A DNA stretch of 64,000 nt, taken from Leucoraja ocellata (lineage: Eukaryota). Location: assembly GCA_036785375.1 (NCBI GenBank), contig JAWMAR010000058.1, forward strand, positions 6,820,001-6,884,000, read 5' to 3'. Of the stretch, positions 1 to 10,304 are shown one piece after another. The translations under genes were made by a program, and so were the position numbers. The notes under the pieces were generated by a model that saw only the letters and a program-made list of their open reading frames with translations, had not been told where the DNA came from and did no database searches. Each line of letters begins with the position of its first letter. Position 1 is the first letter of the stretch.

Positions 1-392
1 GGATTGTGCATTTAGAACAGAGAATTTTACAATGAATTGTGAGCTCGCATTTTCTAAGAACTATGGAAGGAGAGTGATATTTTTAAAGGCGAGGAAGATA
101 AATCCATGATAAGCTAAGGAGGGGGACGGGGGTTAATATTATCATTGGTAGGTAGGAATAGGCAACTGAGTTTACAGTCAGGTCAGCCAGGATCTTATTA
201 AATGGTGGAGGGGAGTCATGACCCATTTTCTGTTCCTCCTTGATATTACTCCGATATTATACACAGACAGACCTGCAGAGATCAGTGATGCAACTCAGTG
301 TCATGCACTGACATTTCTGGGTCCACCAATGCCGTATCCCAGTGTTACACCGGGATGGATGTGTCCCTGCCAGTTGTGCACCCCAATGTCTT

Positions 393-614
393 GGAGTCAT
401 ACAGCATGTAAACAGGCTCTTCGGCCCATCTCAGCCATGCTGACCAAGATGACACATTTAAGCTGGTGCCATTTGCCCACATTTGGTCCATGTTCCTCTA
501 AAGCTTTTCTAACCGTGTACCTGTCCAAGTGACCTATAAATGTTGTTATTGCACCTGATTCAACTACCTGCTCTGGTAGCTCTTTCCATATACCCACCAC
601 TCTCTGTGTGAAAC
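393..614 (-). mobile_element. CR1/HER1-like LINE 3' end
   Basis: Minus frame reads FTQRVVGIWKELPEQVVESGAITTF, the CR1 ORF2 C-terminus, followed by the typical 3' UTR. Confidence 0.85.
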
Positions 615-1134
615 AGTGAAATGACATAGAGTGACATTTCTGTGTACACCAGTATTGTATCCCAGTGTTACTCAGTGACAGACCTATCCCCACCAGTAGT
701 GCAACCAATGGTATATAATAACAGACTTGTACCCACCAGTACTGAACTTTATTGCTACCGTGACAGACCAGCCTCTACCAATACTCTACCCCAATGATAA
801 ATTTGCCGCTGCTTGTAGTATATTTCAGTGTAAAACGGTGACATTCTGGATCCATCATGACTCCACTCCAGTGGGAGAATACCAGACCAGTCCATGCTGG
901 TATTGTATCCCAGTATTATATGGTGCCAGACTTGTCTCAACTAGTACTGTACCCCAGTTATATAGTGACAGACACGTTCCCACCAGTACTGTACCCTAGT
1001 GTCATAGAGTAACAGACGTGTCCCCACCAGTACTGTACCTCAATATTATACAGTTACAGACCTGTTCCAACTAATAATGTACCTTGGTCATGTCATCTAG
1101 TAAATGTGGTAGCAGATATGAAACCTTGAGTAAT

Positions 1135-1378
1135 ACATAGAAACATAGAAAATAGGTGCAGGAGTAGGCCATTGCGGCCCTCCGAGCCTGCACCGCTATT
1201 CAATATGATCATGGCTGATCATCCAACTCAGTATCCTGTACCTGCCTTCTCGCCATACCCCTGATCCCTTTAGCCACAAGGGCCACTTCTAACTCCCTCT
1301 TAAATATAGCCATGGAACTGGCCTCAACTACCTATTGTGGCAGAGAATTCCAGAGATTCACCACTCTCTGTGTGAAAA
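1135..1378 (-). mobile_element. Young CR1 LINE 3' end with (TTTCTATG)n tail
   Basis: FTQRVVNLWNSLPQ motif; CATAGAAACATAGAAA tail; very similar to the copies at 23212 and 57481. Confidence 0.9.
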
Positions 1379-1839
1379 TACAATGACAGATCAGTGCCCG
1401 ACGGATTCCCTGCAATACAATAGCAGACCTGTGTCCTTTCGTGCTACACCCTGATAATGCCAGACCAGTAGCAGACCTGTTCTTCCCCGTGCTGTACCCC
1501 AGTGTTATACTGCGTGACCTGCATTCCTCAGTACAATACTGAACTGTTCTCAAATCACTAATCTGCCCCAGTCAGTAATGTGCCGTTGTGTAAAGCTATT
1601 TCCACCTGCTGTCACCCCAGTCATATGGCAATGGATCATTTTCCTGCAGTTCTGCATCCTAGTTTTATACAAGGACATGTCTGAGGCCCTCAGTATGGTA
1701 CTACAGTGTTATACAGGAACACATCTCTCCCAGTCAGTACAGTATTACAGCAGTGTATGATGACAGACCCATACACACTGGTACTGAACACCAGTATTGT
1801 ACAGGGATTAATCTGCACCGACCAGCAATGTAAATCAAT

Positions 1840-1935
1840 AAAATTGCAGATGCTGGAAATATTCAACAGGTCAGGCAGCATCTGTGGAAAGAGAAACAGA
1901 GGTAATGTTTCAGATTGAAGGAGTTTGCTAGATCT
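1840..1935 (-). mobile_element. Old Penelope-derived 3' terminal fragment
   Basis: GCAGATGCTGGAAAT...GGTCAGGCAGCATCTGTGGA matches the other PLE terminal repeats in the window. Confidence 0.65.
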
Positions 1936-2154
1936 GGACAAGAGAAAAAAACACTTGTTAGTTTTAAATTTGAGAGAAATTTAGGATGGGGAAGAAAAGA
2001 TGCAGGGAGAGTCTGCGATAGTGTGAGGCAGGAATGCTGTCAGTAGAAATTTCACATCTCCTCTCGTCCAATGGGCTAACTGGGGGGATGGGGATGGTGT
2101 AATTACAGGTTGATGAATACAGACAAACAAGTGTAACGTGTTGCTAACAGCAGC

Positions 2155-2460
2155 AAGGTGGTGCAGCGGTAGAGTTGCTGCCCTCCAGTGCCAACGAGCC
2201 GGGTTCGATCCTAAGTAAGGGTGTCATCTGTAGGAAGTTTGTACATTCTCCTGTGACTGCATGGGTTTTCTTCAGGCACTCCGGTTTCCTCCCACACTCC
2301 AAAGACGTGCAGGTTTGTTATAATTGGCTTCGGTAAAACTGTAAATAGTCCCTAGTGTGCAGAATTGTGCTAGTGTCTGTGGTTATCGCTGGTCGGCGCG
2401 GACTCGGTGGGCCAAAGGGCCCATTTCCGTGCTGTATTTCTAAAGCCTACAGTCTAAAGT
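2155..2460 (+). mobile_element. tRNA-derived V-SINE (HE1-like)
   Basis: A box GGTGCAGCGG, B box GGTTCGATCC, V-domain (TTCTCC..GTGACTGCATGGGTTTT..CTCCGGTTTCCTCCCACACTCCAAAGACGTGC), CR1-like tail. Confidence 0.9.
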
Positions 2461-2699
2461 ACATGCTCAGTAGATGATACCATACTAATGGTGAGAGAAA
2501 ACAGAGTCAATATCACACCTGAATCAGTACACAGCGCAAATGACTGATGACAGAGTAAATGGGTTATCTAAGTTTGAGCATTTGATATTGATTCTTGAAG
2601 GCTGCACCGTGCCCAAAGAGATGCTCCTCTTTCTCAGGCTTACAGTGGCAAGCTGGTAGAGCTGTTGCCTCACAGTGCCAGAGGGCACTGATCCTGGGA

Positions 2700-4075
2700 T
2701 GATTTTTCATATATATAAAAAGGGGCAAGAGTGGGCATTGGACTGCTGGAAAATGATGTTGGAGAAGTAGTAATGGGGATCAAAGAAATGGCGAACTAAC
2801 TGAATACGTTTTGTTATTGGTCCCTCCTCCACATCAAGAATCCCTGCAGTAACTTTTCCAACACTAATGTTGGACTCATTAGCCTGTTGTTCCCAACTTG
2901 TCTTTGCATCCTTTCTTAAATTAAAGCACAACCTTAGCCATAATCTGGGCTTTTGGTACCTCATCCATGGTTAAAGATGATGCAAATATCTCTGCCATAG
3001 CCCCTGTCACCCCTATGGTATACAGGTATACACCTGAGCCTACCATTGTGTTCTACAGTTACATACCTGTGCCCACTAATATTATCCCTGTGTTATACAG
3101 CTGTTCCTCGCTGTTATACAGTGACAGATTGTAATGTGAAATACCAGTGCCTGTTGTACAGTGACAGCTGTTTAAAACCAGTACCAATTTTGATGGGATT
3201 AGACAGGAACTTTCAAAAATTGATTGGGGGAGGCTTCAGGCAAAGGGATGTCAGGTAAACGGGAGGGTTTTAAATGGGAGAATGGGAGAGTTCAGGGCCA
3301 GCATATTCTTGTTAGAATGAAAGGCAAGGCTGGCAGGAGTGGGAAACCCTGGATGACAAGAGATGTTGAGGCTTTGGTCAACAAGAAAAAGCAGGGATTT
3401 GCCATGTATAGGCAGCTGGGATTATGACTCCCTTGAAGAGTACAAGGGGTGTAGGAGTACCCTTTGAGAGAAATTATCAGGGCAAAAAAAGGAACTTGAT
3501 ATAGTTTTTGCAGATGATAAATTAGAATCCAAAGAGATTGTACAGTGCTCTACAGAGACAGACTTGACTTCACCATTCTAGTAAGCTAGTCTCATCCAGT
3601 CTCAAACTGAATGCCAGCATTGCATTTGCCTTCCTTATGGTGACTCAACCTGCAAATGAGCCTTTTGGGAATCTTGCACAGGCACTCTCAAGTCCCTTGG
3701 AACCTCTGATTTCTGAATCCTCTCCCCATTTAGAAATAAGTCTATGCCTTTATTCCTTCTACCACGGCCATACACTTTGTCACCCTGTATTCCATTTGCC
3801 ACTTCTTTATCCACTCTTCCCACCTGTCCAAGTCTTTCAGAGAATTCAGATCATTACTTTCAATATGAAAACCTTGCGTACCCAATAGCGGCCCCCGTGG
3901 AACGCCACTAGTCACCGGCAGCCATCAGAAACGGTTCCCTTTATTCTCACTCTTTGCCTTCTGCCAGTCAGCCAATCTTCTATCCATGTTAGAGCCTTAC
4001 CTCTAATTTAATGGGCTCCTACCCTGTTTAGTAGCATCACACGCGGCACCTTATCAAAGGCTTTCTGAAAATAGT
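2700..4075. mobile_element. Mosaic of decayed CR1 ORF2 fragments in both orientations
   Basis: Plus strand KPWMTRDVEALVNKKK (3224-3427); minus strand FLNGERIQKSEVPRDL(G)V.VQDSQK (3635-3823). Confidence 0.75.
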
Positions 4076-4253
4076 CTAGCGGATCCATGCAGCACTATTA
4101 TATAGCAGGATTAGACAAGTGACTGACATGTTGCGACTAGTTTCTGTGCACAAGGTTTATACACTCCATAGGGAGTAAATTCTGTGAACTTGGGAAATGA
4201 AGGGTCAGGAACGAAGTGAAGTTGTCAAATAAGTGAGATTGAAGCCAACTATG

Positions 4254-4453
4254 NNNNNNNNNNNNNNNNNNNNNNNNNNNNNNNNNNNNNNNNNNNNNNN
4301 NNNNNNNNNNNNNNNNNNNNNNNNNNNNNNNNNNNNNNNNNNNNNNNNNNNNNNNNNNNNNNNNNNNNNNNNNNNNNNNNNNNNNNNNNNNNNNNNNNNN
4401 NNNNNNNNNNNNNNNNNNNNNNNNNNNNNNNNNNNNNNNNNNNNNNNNNNNNN
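4254..4453. other. Assembly gap (200 N)
   Basis: Run of N characters. Confidence 1.
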
Positions 4454-4906
4454 AAGACTCAATGACGCAGCTCGCAACAATCTTCTCATCAGCAGCTAGG
4501 AATGAACATACTTGCTGGTCTTGCCAGTCAGGCCCACAGACTAGGGATTAATTATTTCTTGAAGCGAGTATGCCTTTCGTTGAACAATTTTGGGAAAAAG
4601 TTTGTTCAACTGACTTTTATCCAAACTTGGCCAGCTGGTTCTCTCTAAGAGTGACCATAGATAAATGACAGGTAGACAAAAAGCTGGAGGAACTCAGCAG
4701 GTGAGGCAGCCTCTATGGAGAGAAGGAGCAGGCGACGTTTTGGGTCGAGACCCTTCTTGAGACTGATGTTGCGGGGTGGGGGGGGGGGGGGGCCGGGAAA
4801 AAAAAAGGAAGAGGCGGAGACAGTAGGCTTGTGGGAGAGCTGGGAAGGGGGAGGGGGAAGGAGCGAGAAAGCAAGGACTATCTGAAATTGGGGAAGTCAA
4901 TGTTCA

Positions 4907-5106
4907 AGAAGGAACTACAGATGCTGGAAAATCGAAGGTACACAAAAATGCTGGAGAAACTCAGCGGGTGCAGCAGTATCTATGGAGTGAAGGAAATAGG
5001 TAACGTTTCGGGCCAAAACCCTTCTTCAGTCTGAAACGTTACCTATTTCCTTCGCTCCATAGATGCTGCTGCACCCGCTGAGTTTCTCCAGCATTTTTGT
5101 GTACCT
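4907..5106. mobile_element. Palindromic PLE-derived short insertion with 10-bp TSD
   Basis: TCAATGTTCA at 4897-4906 and 5107-5116; near-perfect ~75-bp inverted arms (GAAGGTACACAAAAATGCTGG... / ...CCAGCATTTTTGTGTACCTTC). Confidence 0.9.
5002..5029 (-). ncRNA. Minimal type I hammerhead ribozyme motif (PLE-associated)
   Basis: Minus strand reads CTGAAGA-A-GGGTTTTGGCCC-GAAAC-GTT; core nucleotides intact. Confidence 0.65.
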
Positions 5107-5144
5107 TCAATGTTCATACCGCTGGGGTTTCGCTTGGGTAGTAA

Positions 5145-5470
5145 CGGCTCGGAAACAAGCTCTTTGGCCCATCAAGCCTGCACCTACCAACAACCACCCA
5201 TTTCCATGAATCCTGATTTAATCCTTTTTTTATTCAACACATATTCTCATTAACTCCCCGGAGATTCTACCACTCTCCCGCACATAGAATCAAGCTTCCA
5301 GTGGTTGGCTAATCCACCAGGCCACATGTCTTTGGGATTGGGAGGAAACTGGAGCACCAGGAGGAAATTCATAGGGAGATCATGCAAACTCCACACAGAG
5401 AGTACTCAAGGTCAAGATTGAACCCGCATCTCTCACGTTGTGAGGCAACGGCTCTACTAGCTGCACCACT
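5145..5470 (-). mobile_element. V-SINE (HE1-like), diverged
   Basis: TCTTTGGGATTGGGAGGAAACTGGAGCACC...TGCAAACTCCACACA...AAGATTGAACCC is the reverse V-domain plus B box. Confidence 0.85.
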
Positions 5471-5619
5471 TACTAAACTTGCCTGCCTCTCTTCTATTTT
5501 ATCCATTAAGACATACGTTTCAATCTATTTGTCCGGCAAGCCTTTGGTTATCTGTGCCTCTTTATTTGTTTAACGTCAGTCTTGTTTGATAGCACTGTGG
5601 AGAGGTGGCACGAGCTTTC

Positions 5620-6150
5620 ACTGTGTGATGAAGAGAGTGAGGTGAAGGTTCATCAGATTGTTTCCTGAAATGACAGGTTTATCGTTGGCCCGGAGATTCA
5701 GCAGGCAGGGCCTGCGCTTCCTTGATGTTAGAATAATGAAAGATGATCTCATTGAAATGTGCAAAATTCTTCCAAGTGTTGACAGGGTAGATGCAAGGAT
5801 GATGTATCGTTGGCTGCGCTGTGTTGAAGCAGGGGTCACAGCTTCAACACAAGAGGGAGGGGGTGGCAAAGCAATAGATCCATGATGAGAAGACATCTCT
5901 TCACCCAGATCATGGTGAACTCCTCGGAAATCTTTAAGCTAAAGTGGTGCGGAGGCTCAAATGTTCAGGAAATTCAGGCTAAAGATTGATTATTGTGATT
6001 CACACGATTTTTGGATATCGAGTGAAACAAGGGATGTGGGTTTAATGCAATTTATTCTCTCTCTCATATGGAGGTAATAGATCGGCCCTGGCAGGCAGGC
6101 AGGCATGAAAGGCTAAAGGGTCTGTCCTGCTTTTTATGACCTTATATGAC
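5620..6150 (+). mobile_element. Old CR1 3' fragment
   Basis: RIMKDDLIEMCKIL..VDRVD resembles [12 protein letters not shown]; CR1-like 3' UTR. Confidence 0.75.
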
Positions 6151-6359
6151 AGGTGCTATATAATTTCAATTTGTTGGCGTTCCAGCTCCTGGGGGAGTAG
6201 GGCACTGTCCAAAAACATGGCAAAAAAAAACACAGCAAGATATACTTTTCACTTCTGGCCCATAGTTTATATTTGGGATGCCGCATAGCAGAAATGCTGG
6301 CATTCTGTGATTTATTCTATCACCGATGCCCTGCCTCCCTTTGTAAAAGAGACACTAAC

Positions 6360-6555
6360 CTAGGGCCCTTCCTGGTCTCCCAGGCGGACATAAGGGATTG
6401 CATATTACTCTTCTGAAGAGGAGAGGTGAGTTTCCTCCAATGTCCTGGCCAATTGCTACCCTCGAACCAACAGCACCAACATTGCTTGGTCGTTATCACT
6501 ATGGGATCTTGTTCTATGTAAATTGGCTGCAGCATCTCCTCTGTTACGTCAGTAA
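6360..6555 (+). mobile_element. DeuSINE (SacSINE1-like) Deu domain
   Basis: GAAGAGGAG..TGTCCTGGCCAAT..CCCTCGAACCAAC..TGGTCGTTATCAC..TGGGATCTTGTTCTATGTAAATTGGCTGC matches the recalled Deu-domain consensus. Confidence 0.7.
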
Positions 6556-6559
6556 CAAA

Positions 6560-6720
6560 CCATCTCCCTAACAGCATCGTGCGTGTACCCACACCTCAAG
6601 GACTGCAACCGTTCAAGAAGGCAGCTCACCACCACCTTGTCAAGGGCAACTGGGAATGGGCAATTAAATGCTGGCTCAGCCTGCAGAGTCAGATCCCTTG
6701 AATGAAGATGGAAAAAAGAA
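6560..6720 (+). mobile_element. CR1-clade LINE 3' end (KKAAHHHL type)
   Basis: Reads LPNSIVRVPTPQGLQPFKKAAHHHLVKGN, then GGGCAATTAAATGCTGGC 3' UTR; minus-strand relative at ~18355-18490. Confidence 0.7.
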
Positions 6721-6837
6721 TCAATGCAAGAGTTTAGAGAAGGATCCCGACCCCTGAAGGATCCCTGAAGACGGGGCCTGACCTGTGATGTCACCTATCC
6801 CTTTTTCCCTATAGATGCTGACTAACCTGCTGTGCTA

Positions 6838-7163
6838 AGGGCCTGTCCCACTGTACGAGGTAATTCAAGGGTTTTCCCCTGATTCGAACTTGGAGAATGT
6901 CCGTAGCGGGTCCGTAGGAGTTCGTGGATGTCTCGTAGCAGTTTGTACGAGTAATGGTAAGTACTCGGGAAATCCGGTAAACTCGTGACGTTTTTTCAAC
7001 ACTGTGAAAATTGTCCACGAGTAAAAAAATATTCGTAACTTTAAAAATTGTTACTTTTTACTCGTAAAAGCCGCTACGAGGCATCCACGGACAATCTCCA
7101 ATTTCGAATCAGGGGAAAACTCGGGAGAACTCTTGAATTACCTTGCACAGTGGGACAGGCCCT
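6838..7163. mobile_element. PIF/Harbinger-like MITE inserted in a PLE-derived repeat
   Basis: TIR AGGGCCTGTCCCACTGTACGAGGTAATTCAAG ... CTTGAATTACCTTGCACAGTGGGACAGGCCCT; flanks CTA/TTA; host repeat resumes as TTACTCAAGCACTTTGTGTC. Confidence 0.85.
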
Positions 7164-7699
7164 TTACTCAAGCACTTTGTGTCTATCTTCAGTGCAAGAG
7201 TAGTTAGGGTAATGGAAGTAAGGCAGATGGATGTGGTGAGGTTATCTAGCTGATTGGGGGAACAGGCGAGAGGTATTCGATGGTTTACCTTTGTTCCAGT
7301 AGAATTAACTGCAATGTGCATGAGAATAAAGGGTGTGCATATCGATGAGCTGCTCGTCAGTTTGCCTTCCCCTGACTGATTGCACATCCATTCACCATAT
7401 AATCTCAGTTAAACGGGGCACAGACATACAACCATCACAGCAACAGCTGCACTCTCAATCCAGCAAACACCCCCAACCCCCCCCCCCCAAACCACACCCC
7501 CAACCCCCCCCCCCCCCCCCCCCCCCCGCCCCCCACCTCCATGACCGATGAAATAAGAAGATTTAGAAGTACCAGGGGATGGAGGAGTCGGTGAACCACA
7601 ATAATCATCTTTAAAAGGGAAACAGTAAGAGAGTTTGCAATTGGCACCTTTCCCAGCCTCAGGAAATCCCAAAGTACCTTGCTCACTAATCTGTTGTGG

Positions 7700-7995
7700 C
7701 ACAGAGGAGGCCTTTCAGCCCAATGTGTTCCTACCAGCTCCCAGCAGAGCAATCCCATCAGTGTGGATCCCCCACTCGTGTCCCTCTGTCTCTGCAATTT
7801 ATCCTCTCTCACATGCCATCAACTCGGCTTCCTTCAGGGAATTCATTCTCACCAATCACCACGTCTGTGGGATGTGGAATGGCACCTGGGGGAAATCCAC
7901 ACAGTCTTAGGGGGAGCGTGCAAACTCCACACAGACAGCACGGGTCAGAGAGCTGAGACATTGTGAAATCTGTACTTGCCGAACCATTGTGCTAC
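7700..7995 (-). mobile_element. V-SINE, diverged
   Basis: ACGTCTGTGGGATGTGG...GGAAATCCACACAGTC...GCGTGCAAACTCCACACAGACAGCAC. Confidence 0.8.
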
Positions 7996-8709
7996 CCAGA
8001 GCCAATTATGTGCTTCTGAAAAGCAGTCACAGTTTTATAGGAGCTAACATGCTGGCCTATATGTGTATGGAAAGATTCCATGCATTGTAACATCATGATG
8101 GTCAGAAAATGCCTGAGCAATTCAATACAGGGTACAATTGAAAATGCACTTTTCCCAGTCTCAAAAGTGATTCCCAGTCATTTACATTAGTCCAGTGATC
8201 TTGCCCAATCCCAGGTCCTGATTTCAGCATGTACAGCACCTCAGAGGGAGCACTGTTGTCAGAATCAGACCCCGTTTTCCCAAGGCAGTCATTTCAGAAT
8301 GAATCAATTTTATCAATGTGGCACTGAATTGGACCCCACTAAGAATCGCTTACCATTCACACCCACATTTGGCACCTTACCTTGCTGCACCCCTAACTGG
8401 ACCTAGATACAAACTTCCAACCCCTAATGGTCCCAAACCTCTGAGTCTCAATGATTCTGACCAATCCTAAACCCCCAACGCCCCTGATTACCAAAATCCT
8501 CACCAAATGCACCAATTCATTGTAACACCAATCCAAACCATAATAATCAATCCAACTCACACACTTTATTCTTGCTCCATCAGTACCTTATCCACCTCTT
8601 GGTTGGGCTCATAACCCCCAGCTCAGCCTTTCCTCTATCACATTCCCTCTTTGCCCTGGACACCACTGGAGTTTCATTTCAGTGCACTTTAGAAACCCTT
8701 GCCTAAGAC

Positions 8710-8880
8710 ACCAGGGAGAATTGTTCCGAATAGTGGACAAAGTCCAACTGACAAGGTAAGTGTGAACTTTGGGCTTCACCAAGTATCTGAAAGATGGCAT
8801 CCCTGACAGAACAGGACATCTTCAGTATTACCCTGGTGTGCAAGTCCAAACTGTGCAGTCAGGAAAGCTGGGAATGGAAT
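8710..8880 (-). mobile_element. Probable DeuSINE 5' part
   Basis: CACCAGGGAGAA..CCGAATAGTG and GAAAGATGGCATCCCTGACAG..CTTCAGTATTACCCTGG resemble reverse SacSINE1. Confidence 0.5.
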
Positions 8881-9269
8881 GAAAATAAATTATCTTCAAT
8901 CCATCCTTACCAAAGAGCCCTTTGGAAATATGCTGCCCCAGGTGTAATTAATAAAGAACACTCGAGTGAGAGGCTGCAGCATGTAATAGAATTGGCAAGC
9001 AGGGAACAGATCCATCAGAAAACTCAGTCAGTTCTCTGCAGGCAGAACCACAGTGAAACCTCTTAATTAAAGGAAATGGCAAAGGTGACGAGAAGAGATC
9101 CACAGAAATGGCCCCAATAGCACACAGATTAGGACATAGGAAATCCAATTAGCTGAGCATATTAAATGAACCCAGGTTAGGGAGGGTTTGCACAGAGAGA
9201 GGGCTGTAATTGTGAAGTGAGGAAATCTCTCTCATCGTTCTGTGTCCGGTCAATGGTTCAGGGAACAGG

Positions 9270-9700
9270 TCAACGAGAGGGAGGAGGAGATTGCTGAGGA
9301 TGGAAGAGCAGCTAAAATAGAAGAGAAGGAGAACGAAGAGGAGGTGGATACGGTGACGTGGGAGGAGGAAGGAGTAAGGGAGGAGGGAAGGAGCAGGAGG
9401 ATTCAGGGAATAGGGAAGAGATGGAGGAGGAGTTGGGGAGGGTGAGGGAAGGAAGAGAAATAGACAAAGAGGAGAAAGGGTGGGAATATGAGGAGGGAGG
9501 AAGGTGTGAATGAGGGGATGAAGATGGAGGGAAGATGGAGAATGGGTGCTGGAGGACAGTGTGGGTGAGAGGAGGAAAAGGAGAAGAGTGGGAGCAGGAA
9601 GGTGTGGATGAAGGGATGGTGATTGAGGAAAGGAGAGATGTCGGAGGAGAAAATTGCGGAGAGCGGAGGGAGAGTTAAACAGGAGGAAGGGGCTGGGAAG
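9270..9700. repeat. Purine-rich (GA/GGA) low-complexity tract
   Basis: Strong G/A bias on the plus strand. Confidence 0.85.
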
Positions 9701-10304
9701 TTATAGGTTAGCAGTTTCACAATCAGTCCCAGTCTTGGCTCTAGGGATGGGAGAGATTGCAGAGACTTCGTGCCAACCCACTCTGACAGCTTTTCATCTG
9801 GAAATTGAACGGAAATGTAACATGTGCCGGGATGAATTAAATATTTTAAAATCCCCTGGAACAGTTATCGAGCTGTTTCGTGTAAGTTCTTTGAATCGAA
9901 AGACTAGGGGACTCATTTTGCAGCTTTTTAATGTCTTTGCGAAGTTTGATGGTAATCTTTGGAGTTTGCATTCCCACTGGAGTCTGAGTCAGGCAATTTA
10001 GCTGGACTCGGAGCCTTCAGGGGAGGCTGCCCGAGGAACAGCCTGCAGGAGATGAAACTCCTTCAATCCCCCGCCACTGAGCTGCTTTCAATATTGATGA
10101 ATTCTTTTTAAACGGCTCTGTGAGATCCGTCTAGTTATTCTGACGGCCTTCAGACAGGCAACAATCAGTAATCAAAGAGAGAAAGGTTTGATTTTGATAT
10201 CCCCGTCACTACCGCAGGTCCCCAGTGCAGTCTAATTTGGTAGGGCTTTTGTTACCATGTAGAAAGATGGCAGCGACTTTGTGTACAATAGATGAATAGG
10301 ACAG

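Larger units (their letters stand above)
250..1830. repeat. Degenerate ~44-bp minisatellite (consensus ~TGTACCCCAGTGTTATACAGTGACAGACCTGTCCCCACCAGTAC), interrupted by two CR1 3' ends
   Basis: GTACTGTACC recurs at 986 and 1030 (period 44); many diverged CAGTGACAGACC and CCCCACCAGTA copies; more units at ~3000-3185. Confidence 0.8.
4672..5140 (-). mobile_element. Penelope-like element 3' fragment (ORF end, 3' UTR, mutated hammerhead motif), split by a nested insertion
   Basis: Removing the nested insert and one TSD copy restores minus-strand ..NPSGMNIDFPNFR* (PLE GIY-YIG C-terminus); degenerate ribozyme core at ~4735-4762. Confidence 0.8.

Noticed and set aside
2155-2230. tRNA gene (A and B boxes)
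   Set aside because: It is the tRNA-derived head of a V-SINE and runs straight into the V-domain; same for the other copies
4205-4499. ORFs spanning X residues
   Set aside because: Artefact of the N gap
4934-5108. miRNA precursor hairpin
   Set aside because: Arms are multi-copy PLE termini bounded by a TSD; no known mature miRNA recognised
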